This document shows positions 38,560 to 52,200 of a stretch of DNA of 64,000 nt, piece after piece (the first letter of the stretch is position 1; each line of letters begins with the position of its first letter). The position numbers and the translations under genes are program-made. Location: the NCBI GenBank assembly GCA_047967505.1, contig CM106538.1. One strand, 5' to 3'. The notes beneath the pieces were generated by a model. The model saw only the letters and a program-made list of their open reading frames with translations, was not told where the DNA came from and ran no database searches. The stretch comes from Dipteris shenzhenensis. Taxonomy: Eukaryota.

Positions 38560-39050
38560 GTTAGGCTACTTTTGATTGTGAGGTTGGGTATGGAATGTCA
38601 TGGTGGTTAAGGGCATTGAAGAAAGCACAAAGACAAAGAAGAGGGATCACTAACAATGCAAGCATGACAAGACAAGAATGACAAGGCACTTATGCACATG
38701 GCTTGGGACTTTCTAACATAATCCATCATGTTGACCTAGACAAGTCAACCAGAGAAGTATGGGAAACACTTGAAAGTTTGTTTGGACACACGACCAATAA
38801 TTTTGAGTTTTTTGTTAAGGAATTTTTTTCCTATACAAAAATGAAGAATCCCAAACTCTACAAACACATTCTACAAACACATTTGAGCAATCTAGGCTTA
38901 GTCATTCAACAACTCACTGCTCTCGAAGAAAAATTTGATGAGGAAGACATGAAGGCCATTCTTCTATTCAGGATAGAAGAGATTTTTAATAGGAAAATGC
39001 ATGCACTATTCTCAGGTTAGCATGTGAAATGTCATGGGAGGATATGTTTG
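38560..39050 (+). pseudogene. Degenerate copia gag (UBN2-like) fragment
   Basis: GLSNIIHHVDLDKSTREVWETLESLFG...LTALEEKFDEEDMKAILL. Confidence 0.65.
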
Positions 39051-41999
39051 CCATTATCATTTATGAGAACCATCATGTCATATATCTTGTAGTTATGCTT
39101 GTGAAATGAAAAAAGATTTCATGTCAAAGATGAAAGGCAAGAAGGTGCATTTACTACAAGAAGCTTGGACACGCTGAAGATAGGTGCTTCAAGTTGATGG
39201 AATATCATGCAAACCTTGTGGGAGAAGAATATGATAAAGATGAAGATGTAGCAGAGAAAGCCCTGACACTGATCACAAATCTTTCTTCTAATGAGAAACA
39301 TTTTGACTGGCCTTTTATGTCCTTTTATTATTTTATGTTCCTCTACCCAAGATGTCCCCCAAAATGATTGCAATAATTATGTGTGTTTTATTTTCCCCTT
39401 GATTCTATCAAAGTATCCATTATTAAATATTCACTAATCTAGCTCTAATATTTTGCCTGATAGTGATCTCACATAAGTACTATTAATATAAGATTCCCAT
39501 GAAAGATCTATATTGGATAATAGAAAATGCATTGAGGCTTTTGGTGCTCTCACATAAGTACTATTAACATTGTGTACTATTTCAATCTAGAGGAGGATTC
39601 ACATAAGAGGAGATGGACACTTGAAGATGATTCCCAAACACCCAATTTGGGTCTACTGTTTCGATGAGATGGGGACAATCTGCAAACACCCACATCTAAT
39701 CTATTGTTCATTGGAGATGAAGATATCCTTATTGAAAGGGGCTTTACTCACATTCAAATATTTTAAGGGCCTTACTTTTATGTAGTATTTTTGAAATAAC
39801 TCTGCACACTTTGGTATAAACACATCATTAAGTAATAATCCAATTTTAAGCATTGCACTGCATCAACAAACTCGAATATATTCTCTTAAATTTGAGCTCA
39901 AACAGAAGGGGCAACTTGGTGTGCTTTAGAGCTAACTTGCATAGTGTCATTTAATTCATCATCTCATTTACAATGTACTCCTTTAGAGCTTCCCCTTTTA
40001 AAAAATATTGTTTTTTATATATGTGATCTACTTTGAATCTCCTTAAGTAAATCTTCATCACATTGGCATGGAAGGGGGGATTTAAGGCTAGCAAGAATAG
40101 TCAAAGGAGATCCCATTATTATCCAAATGGGACCAAATTTGATAAGATCATTATCAATATTTTCTCTCATTTCCAATTTTGAGGATGTTGTTTACCTTTA
40201 GCTATGTCATTGCCTATTGTAGCATAAGTGTTCACAATGTAAAGCAGGTCCTCGGGTCGTATGTAGGCTAAAGCATAGAAAGCATTTTTGGCTTATGCTT
40301 AGGTGGAAAGAGGTGTTGATCACAACATTTGATGTAGATTCTCACCTCCATTGGGATACAAGGATTTAAGAAAGTTTTGTAGGGTTTCGAAGGAGAATAT
40401 ATTTGAGAAATCTATGCTAAGGCATTGATGCTATCAACTCCAATCAAAAGCATTAAAAAATGGTGTTGTGTGTGAATTCCAAAGTGCTTTGAAGAAGACT
40501 ATCACATTTTGCAAACACCTCCCAATTTGCTTGTAAATGTATTGTTTTTTATTATTTCTTTGCATTCCTAGGAGTATAGGTAGTGTAACATCCTCATAGG
40601 CCAGAAAATCATGCTCATCAAAACTCAAAAAACCATGAAAAACTCACCGATGGACTTTGCAAGGAACACAATGCCAGGTTAGCTCCTAATTCAGTGCTAT
40701 GCTGAATTAGTTGATTCAATGCATTGAATTAGGCCTGACACACCATCCTCTTACATCTAGACGTGATTGCCAGTTGGCACATTTATTATGCTAGTTCAAC
40801 CATTTCACAATTCAGTGCTCAGGGTTACACGCTAATACATCGTGCAAGATTAGGACCCAATAAAGGGTGTAGGGTTACGATCCAATACAATGCATATGGT
40901 TAGGATGCAATTCAACTTACTGGGTCATTTGCAATGTTGAATTACTAGGTCAACAGGGCATTAGTGATTCTAGAACTAAGAGTAAGATCCTTGATGATCA
41001 ACTAACCTAATTTAACTAAATATATTCACTTCTAACCCTAAAGCTTGATCCAACACATATAAAAAATAGGGTAAAATTTATTTATAAAAAACTCAAAGTG
41101 CAATTCAGCCTATTGACTTCAATCAACAAAGCCTAAGTTGAAGATCTTGCTTCTTACAATATCATGTCTAACTACCTCTCTAGTTTTGTGTCAATGTAAT
41201 CCAACTTAGTCCTAAGCTCGTACTCAATACACAGACCACCCCAAGCTAATATATGGGCAAAAATTCAAATGTTGGAGCCTCAATGGCTCCTAATTCTAGC
41301 TTGGTTCAATCCCACTCCTCTACTCCTTCCACCACAACATCTCGGATATGGGAAAATTTTTCCAATATGATGGGAAGGTTAGGGGGTTGACTAAACTAAT
41401 TGATATGATAAACCCATTTTCCAGGTAGAATAGAGTGCCTGTGGAGCCACACGATCCAACAAAAGAACCTATGTTAGAAGACTCACAGATTGCACCAATT
41501 CCCATTGCATCAGTGAGCAATATGACACTACAAATATGTTTCTTTGGGCATAGCCCTCTCATAGTGGTACCCTTGACCTTAGAATGCTAGGGAACTACCA
41601 ACCACAAGGGCTAGCAAGACATAGATGATCCAAATGAGCCAAGAGAGGATACCCGACCTAGTTTCTGGTGTCCTAGCCTCCACTAGATCAAACTTGGGGA
41701 GGAGGCCTTGAGGCATAGGGTCCTTATAGACCGGTGCCTGATGTAAATATGCAAATGGTAGGGCACCACCGATGCAGTTGTAAGGCCTAGTTAGCCTCGT
41801 GACTTGATTCCAATACCTAGTGGGTTGGGTTGTACAAACCCTACTTTTGTCTAACCACCTAATTTTTGGGACCCTCCACCTAACCTTGTATAGGGCAAGG
41901 TCTCCCCAACCTATAAATACTTCTACTACACAGACTATGCTTTTGGATGAGGCTATGAGGATCCTAGTGCAAGCAATAGGGAGGGGGGGCATGCCATCA

Positions 42000-43400
42000 A
42001 CTTTTACTGAAAGGGAAACTAATACTTCGAGGAGTAAGCCGTCACGATCACTAAGCTAATCACTAAATTCTTAGGAGAAGAAGACCTGATATCCCACACA
42101 AAAAGGTTTGAACAATTCTGTGAAAATTTGGGGATATTGGAGACCTAGATAAAGTCAATGCCTTTGGTTTGAGCCTGGATGGCAAGGATGATTAGTGGTT
42201 TAGAGATTCGAACCCAAAAAAGAACATAAATTGGAATGACTATGTAAATCATTTACAGTGGGTTTTCCCCTAGTAAACCAAATGGAGGCCTAATTAACTA
42301 GTTGTACGAGGTTAAGCACAAGCATATAGGATCCCTTCCTAACAATATAAAGAAGGATAAAACACTTCAACTCATGATCTGAACCTTATGAGAGGATGAA
42401 TGATGCACAACCATGCTTCCTCATAGGTTTATGGGACTCTAGCTGCTTGTGATGAACCCCACATTGTTTGAGTTGTGCAACAAGACTACAATATGTCTAG
42501 GCAACTATGTGAAGGAAAAGGATAAAGGGGAGAATTCTTCATCCACCTCATCTAAGGTGTCACAAACATTGATGGCCACAATTTTTGGTGAAGCCAAGGA
42601 GGCAGGTGGACTGCTAAGGGCATGAATATGGAGGAGTTCACTACCAATTTATTAACTCAAGCAGACTGCTAAGGGCATGAATATGGAGGACTTGGCTACC
42701 AACCTATTTAATCAGCTAAGCAATAGTTAAAAGGGGAGCGATAAAGGAATCCCCTAGTAACCCTCATCTATTTCCAAGACATGACAATATTTGGTGTGGG
42801 ATTGGTACAGGAAATCATCCCACTAATAATTGCCACCGCCTTAAGGCTAGGCCAGAACTCTATTGTGCCTACTATTGTGTACGATGGGGAAATCATGAGA
42901 CATCACAATGTCAGCATCCTAAGAGCATCCCCCAGACCATGCACTAACCAAGGCAACCACTAACGTTGCTTGCACCTTCTAATCCATCCAATCAGGGACA
43001 ATTAACATTACAAGGAGCCACTCCTACCAACCAAGGGTAAGTTAGGGCTTAAAAATTCCCATACCCAACCTATATTGGGACCTCAACCAGCTCGACCATG
43101 AATCACTCCTATGAAACAAGTGTTAGTGGAGGAATTGCCTAGTGATTGGAAAGGACCGAGTCATGCCCTCAGTGGGACTGATTATGTGCAATATGATAAT
43201 ACTATGAGTTTGTCTAGCTATATAAGTCGTTACATTATGCATGACAACTTACATATCCCCATCTACCAAGTGGCTTGTATCTTTCAGAAAGCTAGGGATA
43301 TGAACACCTTAACCAAAAAACCATCAATTCAATGCTATATGTGACAAGGTCCCCATAGGTCTAGTGAGTGTCCGTATAAGACAACCACAAACCAGCAAAT
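42000..43400 (+). pseudogene. Highly degenerate gypsy gag relic
   Basis: KFLGEED...KRFEQFCE-like segment near 42065 and a decayed knuckle QCYM*QGPHRSSECP near 43330. Confidence 0.4.
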
Positions 43401-43557
43401 TATTAGTTACAAATGCCATTAAGCTAGGAAGGAAAGGAGTCTTTCAGATGTAATCTGTGTGTAACCTATTGAAATGTTAATATTCTCCAGAGTTTACTTG
43501 GGCAATGTTTTCTCAGCTATGTGGTTAGATAGTGTCCTTTGATCCACACCAAGGACC

Positions 43558-43790
43558 ATAATGTGAGATGAAAGATTTTAATTTGACAAGTAATGTGAGA
43601 TGAAAGGTTTTGATTAGATCACGAATGTGAAACTGAAAGATTTCGATTAATCAACTAATGTGAGACGAAAGATTTCGATTAGACAACTAATGTACTGAAG
43701 AATGAGAAGGTCGGGCTCAATGAACTCAAAGATTTCAATTAGACAACTAACATGAGATTGAAGATTGAGAAGGTCGGGCTCAATGAACTC
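43558..43790. repeat. ~32-bp minisatellite (about 6 diverged units), probably within an LTR relic
   Basis: aatgtgaga.gaaagattt.gattag.caact repeats; 'gagaaggtcgggctcaatgaactc' occurs twice. Confidence 0.8.
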
Positions 43791-44449
43791 TCTCCCTATT
43801 TAAGTGTAGTAAAGACACAACTAAGAGCCCATTATGAAATCTAGCCCCAAAACTCTGCACACCAATCCAAACTTTGTACACCAATCCACCTATTATGAAT
43901 ATATGGCATACCCAAAAAGCTTTGGAACGTTTTTGTTCTATTTGAAAATGATGTTGGATGACATCCTCGTAGAAAAAACCCAGAGAAGAAGGAGGAAAAT
44001 AGGTGCAAGGAGGACATGCTTCGGTGGTGGGTGTATTACTTGGAGTCGACAAAGATGGTGAATATTAATTTCCCTGGCTATTGTTTTTCTTGCTCCTTTA
44101 AGGTACTTGTCCAGCTCATGATGTATGTTTCTTTTGGCAGGACTAGACATGCGAAGATGTATAGAGTGCAAAGACCAAGATGAAGAGGACCCCAGCTAAA
44201 GGAGGAGTTACTATGGGCGTACAAGTGGATAGAGTCAAGAAAGCATCCTTGGGGGGGTCACTCATCATTTGTAACCCTATCATGTGTGTAATCCTTGTGT
44301 AATCTGAGTGTGTGAAGAGGTCTACCATTGTCAATCAGCTTGGCCTAAAGATCTAGGAGATGCTTGCTATAGAGAGGTTGATAAGATAGTCGGGAGTCTG
44401 GAATTTCCTTGAGCCATATAATCTTATTGTATTTTGAAAAAATAAAAAT

Positions 44450-45056
44450 CTTGCAGACATCTCCTAAACTACTTATCCTGCCAGTTGGTTGTGAAATTGT
44501 GAAGCACATATTTTGGGATGGATTGAACCACATGACCTATAAGCTTCCTTGGTTGGGTGCTCTTCTATGACAGTAGCCATCTCTTTTAATCTGATCCTTC
44601 AGCATTGACATTTTCAAAACTCCTCCATTTTAGAGCAACATGGTTGTCTTCCCTCATTTCATTTGGACAGACATTGAATGTTTTCTTCTTCAACTTCAAA
44701 CTGCAATGCTTGCATGTGCCGTGAATGCATTCAATCCTGTGCCACTCACAGTCTCCCTTTTGACAAACCATTGGCTCCCATAGAGACCTTAGGCTACAAA
44801 GCCTGCCCTCCCTTGCAACACACAGCTTACAGACTGCGCATTCATCAGTACAGCATTAGTCCCCATCGAGCAATGCTCCAACACAACCAAATCTCAAGTC
44901 ATTCATAGCTTGCCAGGCTAGGTCAAAGTCTATGTGTGTTTTGCAACAACAAACATTCCTGTCTTTGAGTTTCCTTATGTATTAGGGCTTACAATGCTCA
45001 AAGCTCCTCTACCCAATGAAAATGTTCGGATTCTGATCCATAAACTTGAGATAAAA
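44450..45056 (-). pseudogene. Decayed Cys-rich N-terminal part of a DNA transposase, Sola-like
   Basis: FYLKFMDQNPNIFIG*RSFEHCKP*YIRKLKDRNVCCCKTH...CEWHRIECIHGTCKHC...WRSFE...YVLHNFTTNWQDK*FRRCL resembles the F..L(K/R)P..V...R..C.C..H / C..G.C..C / H.F...WQ region preceding the Sola2 DDD core (from memory). Confidence 0.55.
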
Positions 45057-46020
45057 CTACGTCTACTAACCCAACATGCGAGAACAATAGAACGGTGAGC
45101 CTCCTTTTTGCTAATACTAATAGAAGACAAAACACAGTCTAATTAAAGTGTATAATGAAGCAAAACAATTTTCAACCACTAAGCTAGTTATCGTTAACAA
45201 CAACCACCGCGCTGGTGCTTGTTTTTAGTATATCCCAACAAGCACTATGCTAGCTTTCCATAACGAATCCACACCTCCTACAAATCCATTCATCTTGTAA
45301 TAATAGAAGCAAACCACCGTGTTGGTGGCTGTTAATATCCTAGTGCAACCAACCACCGCGCTGGTGATAACTTATCTTGCACTACTACCATGCTATCCCT
45401 ACAATACTGTCGTGCTATCCTAAAATTTGTTACACATTGCTATACTAAAACTGTGCCCTTTAGACTAGTTATTGTTAACCATCAAATTTCAACTACTGGG
45501 CTACTTAAAACATTTAAGTACTAACATGGAAGCAGGTCGATACAAAATTGGGTATTACAAGCACCTTGAGAAAGTCCACAAGTCCAAGATTTAAATGACT
45601 CTTCCAAAGATCTTTGCTGCGGATGTACACGTTGCTACCTTGTCCACTCTCCATATACTTCATAGAGCAGCTTGTCGTCTGTGTCAACGAGGCCACACCA
45701 CTACTTTGAGGTGGAACATCTACAGATTGACTAGCTTGAGGTGTGAGTATATCATCTACAGATTGACTAGTTCTAGATACTACCATATCATTTAGGTTCT
45801 AGAAAACATAACAATATTTCGAATCGTTTACAATTCTATGTGCAAAATCAATGTGGCTATTTGGGACACTAACTTAGAATACTCCATGCAAGCTTGCTAG
45901 ACCTCGAGAGAGAGAAATCATCCAATTGTCTTGCCCCCTAATGACGTAATTGGATGATTGTGAATGTGGTAATCTACCTATTAAAATAAGCGTGGGATGG
46001 CAAATCGCCTTTTCCCACAT

Positions 46021-46023
<3 letters not shown>

Positions 46024-46064
<41 letters not shown>
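46024..46064. repeat. (CT)n microsatellite
   Basis: Direct reading. Confidence 0.95.
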
Positions 46065-46067
<3 letters not shown>

Positions 46068-46674
46068 GCATCTATCTGCACTAGGATCATCCACAACATC
46101 ATGATCTATTGGATGAATGTCGGTATTTTACATACATTGGTGCAGTAGCTAGCATTACTTACACAAGTAGTTATAAAAAATTTTACTACTACTTTCTAAG
46201 CTAGGAGAATTTGTTAACCTAATAACCTCAATCCTCAATATTGTTTTTTTAATGTACATATGTACTATGAAGTTTGAGTTCTAATAAGGACTACAAATTA
46301 AAATGTATGCAACATAATCATATCTATTTTGTTTCACCTAGCAATGTATAAAACATAAGGATAGTAAACCTATGTATACCACTATCTCTCCACATGTACA
46401 TGCCATAATTTTGCGAGTTGCTACGAGCTAACAATTGCGAGCTCCACAACTGGCTAGACTTCGAGCGAGATGCAAACGGCCGACATAAGCGAGCCCGCAA
46501 CTGGCTCAAAGTCAAATATTTCCTCATCACTCTTAAATCCTAGTTTGTAGAGTTTTAGTAATATATGCTAATCTGATGTCCTGTTTTGATTTTTCCTTTC
46601 TTCAGTTCACTGTAATAACAATGACTTTGCATGAGGGGCCATCTAGTTCACAGGATGCCCAAATTAGCATTTTT

Positions 46675-47493
46675 CGATGACCGAGAAATTCTTCCATGGC
46701 AACCATCTAATTGCACATCATGGCTAGACAATGATGTATATGTCCGCCTAGGCTAGGCTAGGCTACCAGCAAAGCTGGGTGTATGTGCCACCGCTCCTCC
46801 CCCCTCATCCCATTGAATTATTATGATCTTGGCTCCGATGACTGAGAAATTCTCTCATGGCAACCATCTAATCGCACGTCATGGCTAGACAATGATGTAT
46901 ATGACCGCTTATGCTAGGCTGGGCTACCAGCAAAGCTGGGTGTATATGCCATTGCTCCTCCCCCCTCATCCCATTGAATTATTATGATCTTGGCTCCGAT
47001 GACTTAGAAATTCTCCCATGGCAACGATCTAATCGCACATCATGGCTAGTTGATGATGTATATGACCGCCTATGCTAGGCTAGGCTACTAGTAAAGCTAG
47101 GTGTATGTGCCACCGCTCCTCCCCCCTCATCCTATTAAATTATCATGATTTTGGCTCCAATGACCAATAGATTCTAGCATGGCAACCATCTAATCGCACG
47201 TCATGGCTAGATGATGATGTAGATGACTGCCTACGCTAGGTTGGGCTACTAACAAAATCTAGTTGGTGGATTGTGTGCTCTTAGCAATGATAGGCACCTA
47301 GAGTCGCACAACTGACACAAAATCTTCGCTCCGATGAGCAAGAAATTCTAGCATGGCAACCATCTAATCGCACGCCATGGCTAGACAATGATGCAGATGA
47401 CTACCTACGCTAGGCTGGGCTACCAGCAAAATCTAGCTGGTGGATTGTGTGCTCTTAGCAGCGATAGGCACCCAGAGTCCCACAACTGACACA
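46675..47493. repeat. Five tandem units of ~160-175 bp
   Basis: Units begin near 46675, 46836, 46996, 47157, 47331 ('cgatgac.gagaaattct..catggcaaccatctaatcgcac.tcatggctag'). Confidence 0.92.
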
Positions 47494-48769
47494 AGAAACC
47501 AAGGGGGAAAGAGTGGGAGGGCAGCAAGTCTAGCTATATAAAGGCCTTAAGGTAAGAGAAACAATTCACCGCACCCAAAAAATTTCTCTCCTACCCCCTT
47601 CCACGCTCTCTCCAAGCCCCCTTCTACCCCTATGATGAAACTTCTACTGCAACCTCGATGCCACTTCATAATGTTGCCCAACTCATGGGATCCATTGTTT
47701 GCCTTGGCTCTCCATCCTGCAACACTCCACTAGCCATAGCCATGACCAAGGGAGTTGCAGGATGGGGAGCCAAGGAAAACGAGTCGTCGTTGAGTTCTCT
47801 CTACCAGTGGTGCCTTGAAAGAAGCAATTCTTTGATAACCCCACCAGTGCCTCAAGACAGAAGTTGCTATGACGAAGGCAATTCCTTGAAAGACTTGAAA
47901 GAAAAACCTCATGACCAACCATGTTGCAAGATGGGGAGCCAAGGGAAATGGGTCGTCGTCGTTATGTGAGGCACTGGGAGAGAACTCAACTTGGTGTTGA
48001 GCCTCTCGTAATTGCACATTACCTTCTGCACTAGGGAAGGAACTCAACTGGGTGATCAGCTCTAACGCACTGAGAACATGCGTCAGTGTGTTGGAGCTTA
48101 CCACCATATTGAGTTCCCTGTCTGCTATCAAATGTTGTGCTCGATTGAGCTCACCTCTAAGTTGAGTTCCCTTTTCGAGTGCCTTGACTTTTGAAGTTGC
48201 TATGAAAAAGGTTATTTCAATTACGAGGTGTTCGTATTGTCCCCTGCATATGAAGAGTTCCAGGTCAAAATTGTAAGAAAGTCCTACCTACGATAGCACT
48301 ACGAGGTGCTCGTATTGTCCCCTACATACAAGGCACCAAGTCAAAAGTGTAAGAAAGTGCTAGCAAGGGCAAAAAGTAACACCTAGTCCTACCACAATGG
48401 TGGTGTTGACAAGTGCTTAAAGAAGTGTCACAAAAACAAAGTGCTAGCATCTTTGTATGTAATCTCTTTTGTTAAATGTTTGCTTCGAATGTAATTTATT
48501 TTGTTTCAATTTTGATATAATACTATTATCGCAAAAACTCTCAGATGTAATTTCTTAATGTAATTTCTTATGTTTCAATTTCAATGTAGTACCATTTATC
48601 TAAAATAACACTATTTTCCTTGGTTTATAACTAAAATAGCTCTGACATCCAGCACGGTGGTTGCGGATATGGACCTTGAGGGGTCCCATTAGAGATTAAC
48701 ATGCCACGATGGTCTGCCACGGTGGTCTTCATGCCAACGTGGTGGTATCTCCATGCCAACATCATTGTT

Positions 48770-49213
48770 TGAACTAGCACGGTGGTCAATGCAGCAAAAG
48801 ATTGCATTGCGCAGCGATAGATGGCAAAGCTGCATAATGATAGGTGGCAAGGCAAAAGTTATGTGCTGTTGTCAGGCCAACGTGGTTGTGCTTGAACTAG
48901 CACGGTGGTCAGCACAACAAAAGATTGTGTTGCATAATGATAGATGGCGAAGCTACGCAAGCAAACATGGCAAGGCAAAGGCTACATGATGGCTAGAGGC
49001 CAGAGCAATAGTCTCTGTGCTCATGAGTAATTGCATATAGTGCCATGTAACGAGCTCTACGAATTGACCATGATATGATAGATGGCGAAGCTGTGCAAGC
49101 AAACATGGCAAGGCAAAGGCTGCATGATGACTAGAGGCCAGAGCAACAGTCTCTGTGCTCATGAGTAATTGCATATAGTGCCATGTAGCGAGCTCTGTGA
49201 ATTGACCATGATA
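48770..49213. repeat. Subterminal tandem repeats, including a ~138-bp duplication (48937-49074 / 49075-49213)
   Basis: Duplicated peptide YHGQF.EL.TWHYMQLLMSTET.ALASSH in ORF 48953..49315. Confidence 0.88.
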
Positions 49214-52200
49214 ATATTGCATCTCATTATTATGCCAGTGCACGTTCATGACGTCAGGAAAATTTTCGACGAGAGCGCAAGTTTGCGCAAAATTCAAATA
49301 TTCACCCAGAAGCACATCGTGGCCCCAAAATGGCCCTGAAAATAGTTCTGCGATTGGCTACACCCAAGCAAATGTTGACCCACCACCCCAACTCTTGCAA
49401 GTGCCAAGATTTTTTCGGAGATCTTTGTTCTAAAACATCCAAGTGCTTCTACTTGATGCACCATAATTTCCTTATTTACATGTGATAATAGTGCAAAGGA
49501 TGTCAATTTTGATAGTGCCCTACACTTTATTGGTTCCTATTTTCCATGGGGTGCAAACTTTTCATGCATGCAAACCATTTTATCTCCTTGAAAAAGCCCC
49601 ATGTAATGGGAAAGGGAGGCATCTTTTCCAAAACCTTGCCTTATGCTCCCTTCTGCATTCCAAAAGTGTCAAACTCAATTGCAGCCTAAGAAATACATCA
49701 AAACATATTGATTGGATCATTTTCAACTATGAATTGAAATTGAAAACTAAAACATAATTTAAAATATACGTATTAGCACTTATGCATCTGCCTCCTCAGG
49801 ACCTTTCTTATGAAGGTTAATGGAGCTCTTCGTCTAAGCAATTGTCAAAGGTCCAACAAGTGAAGAAGCCTTTCTAGATGATTCTCCCTGGTGTCATTTT
49901 ACAGCTTGTCTTCTCTCCACCACCATATGTTGGGCTTTTTGATATTCTACTTCTGTGATGTAGCTTTGCTCAGCATGCATCATCTCTTCCCAAGTTGCAT
50001 AGATTTCACTTTCCAAGTATTCCACCATTGCCAGATTTGTGCTACTAGGTAATCCTTCATCTACAATGCCTAGGGTATTGCTTGATTCCCAACAATACAC
50101 TGCAGATCGAGCCTCATCTTTATGAAATCCTATCAGGATTGTATGTCTTGCAAAAAAAATGTATTCTTTATCATGAAGAATGATAGAGACCTTGTAACGT
50201 TATTTCATCCAATACAAGCTCTCCTCATTCTCAATTGTTGACATCTGTCGCTAATGTCTCTTCAATTTCTAAAGCAGTATCTGGTTCTGATTGCTATTGA
50301 TATAGAACCATTTGTAGTCTAGTCACTCTCTGTTCCTCCATTTCTGGGCCTTAAACACTTTGTTCTAGCTCTAAACTCTTTACTCCTATTAATAGACCTA
50401 CGCCCTACTCCTTTTCATGAGCTTCCACCCTTAGCTTTGATTGTGGGTGCTATAGAGTTGATTCTTGATATTGTTGGATGATGGAAAATCTTTCCTCCAT
50501 GTTAGCATCCAAAATCTCTTTGACATTAGTAGCTTCTTTATTTGACAAGAGCATTTCATGTCTTGCACAAATTGTGGAATATCAAAGTCCTCCATCTCTA
50601 GTAAAATGAGCCTTTAGGCCATTTTCCATGACAAGTATCATTTGCCATAGTCTTGCAAACTGAGGTCTTGTATCTCTAAGTCTGAGAATTGCAAAAAGTG
50701 TCTTTCAAATCACTCACCGTGTGTTTGAATGCTAGATCTTTGTGGAGACACTCAAACAATAGGTCACAAGGCACCCAGTCACCTCCCTCAATGCCAACAC
50801 GAATGGTGTATGGCCGAATGTAGGTTTCCTTGATGAATCATATCACATCAGTAAAAACCTAGTGGTGCTTTAGGAGGGTGTTCTCTACATCGAGCTTTTG
50901 ATCAAATATCTTGTAGATCTCATCCTCCCTACTCGTGTAGGGAGTGGCAGCTACAAAGTCATGAAAAGCAAGGCGTGGGGTGTGAGGATGTGAGGGAACA
51001 CTCCAAACGTTGAGGAGACAATGACAAAAGTATTATTCCTTTTCAAGCACCACCTTTTATAAAGTCAAAATTATTTAAAAATTAATCATACATACTATTA
51101 AAACATATAAGAGGAAACATGGTTACAATTAAACAAGATCAAAAGATCCCCCAAAGATCAACATTTTTCATCACTGGGAAGAAAGATCAAAATATCCATA
51201 TATTAATTCGATCAAAATCTAGAGAGCAAGTTGACATCGAGGTTTCCAATTATTGTAGAATAATGTAGCTTTTAGTTGTCTTCTTACTTTCTTCCCAGCC
51301 AGAGAAAAAATCATAATCATTAAAGGTTATAGCAAGGTACTCTCGAATTTTCTTCAAGGTCCAACTATCTGTATTTTCAAGACACTCGACCACACATGTG
51401 GCATATAAATTTGTGCCTTTGCTATCTCTTCTCCAACACAATCCAATGCAATCCAAGTATTGTCATTATCCTTCCAATGCATGTATACATATACCTCATG
51501 TACCAACTCGCTTGCAAGACTTGGTATCTTGTGACTAGTATTTTTGTGGAAACTACACATCTAATGTGATTTCCCATTTGGATAGCTTCCTTAATATCCC
51601 AATCCCAACCAGGATAGAGGATATTATTAAAGAGCTATTGTGCCATTTGTTTAAAAACCCACATCATTTGTGTTCTATGAATGAAGACCGATTTGAAGCA
51701 ATGGAAAAAACCGAGGAGGGCCTGAACCAACTCACACCAAAAGTGAATTTCATGGATGCTTGAATATCTTTTTGCATCTTCATCCTAAATTCATCTACAG
51801 TGAATGGATAAAGAATGGGATAGTATGTACTATCAAAGGAAGGAACATGTAGTGGGAGAAGAACTCCAAATGCTCAATCTCTTTGAGGCACTTGATAACA
51901 TGCATTATAAAATAAAACACTAAATTCAAGTATTTTGATATTGATATTATGGCCATTCTTATGTTCAAGGGATCTCTAGATCCATGTTATGATGCTGACA
52001 TGCCTATGGAGCAAATCCCATTGTCTTTGGAGACTTATACACTAGCATTTTCATTGTCTTGAAAGATTCTCTTACGATTGACATCAAGACCCCTAATTTA
52101 CAAATAGCTTCACTCACATTATGGCCACTTCCATGTATTGAGAATCTTCATTGACATCCATTGGATGTTTGAGGTTCATTCTTTGATCCATGCAATTTGC

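Larger units (their letters stand above)
31065..49383. mobile_element. Putative ~18-kb DNA transposon (Sola-like) bounded by ~175-bp terminal inverted repeats and invaded by other TEs
   Basis: 31065-~31240 matches the reverse complement of ~49213-49383 (cf. parallel ORFs GKFTTRAQVHAKFKISPRS and GKFSTRAQVCAKFKYSPRS). A subterminal motif ACCACCGYGCTRG recurs in inverted orientation near the two ends. A transposase-like relic lies at 44450-45056. No TSD found. Confidence 0.55.
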
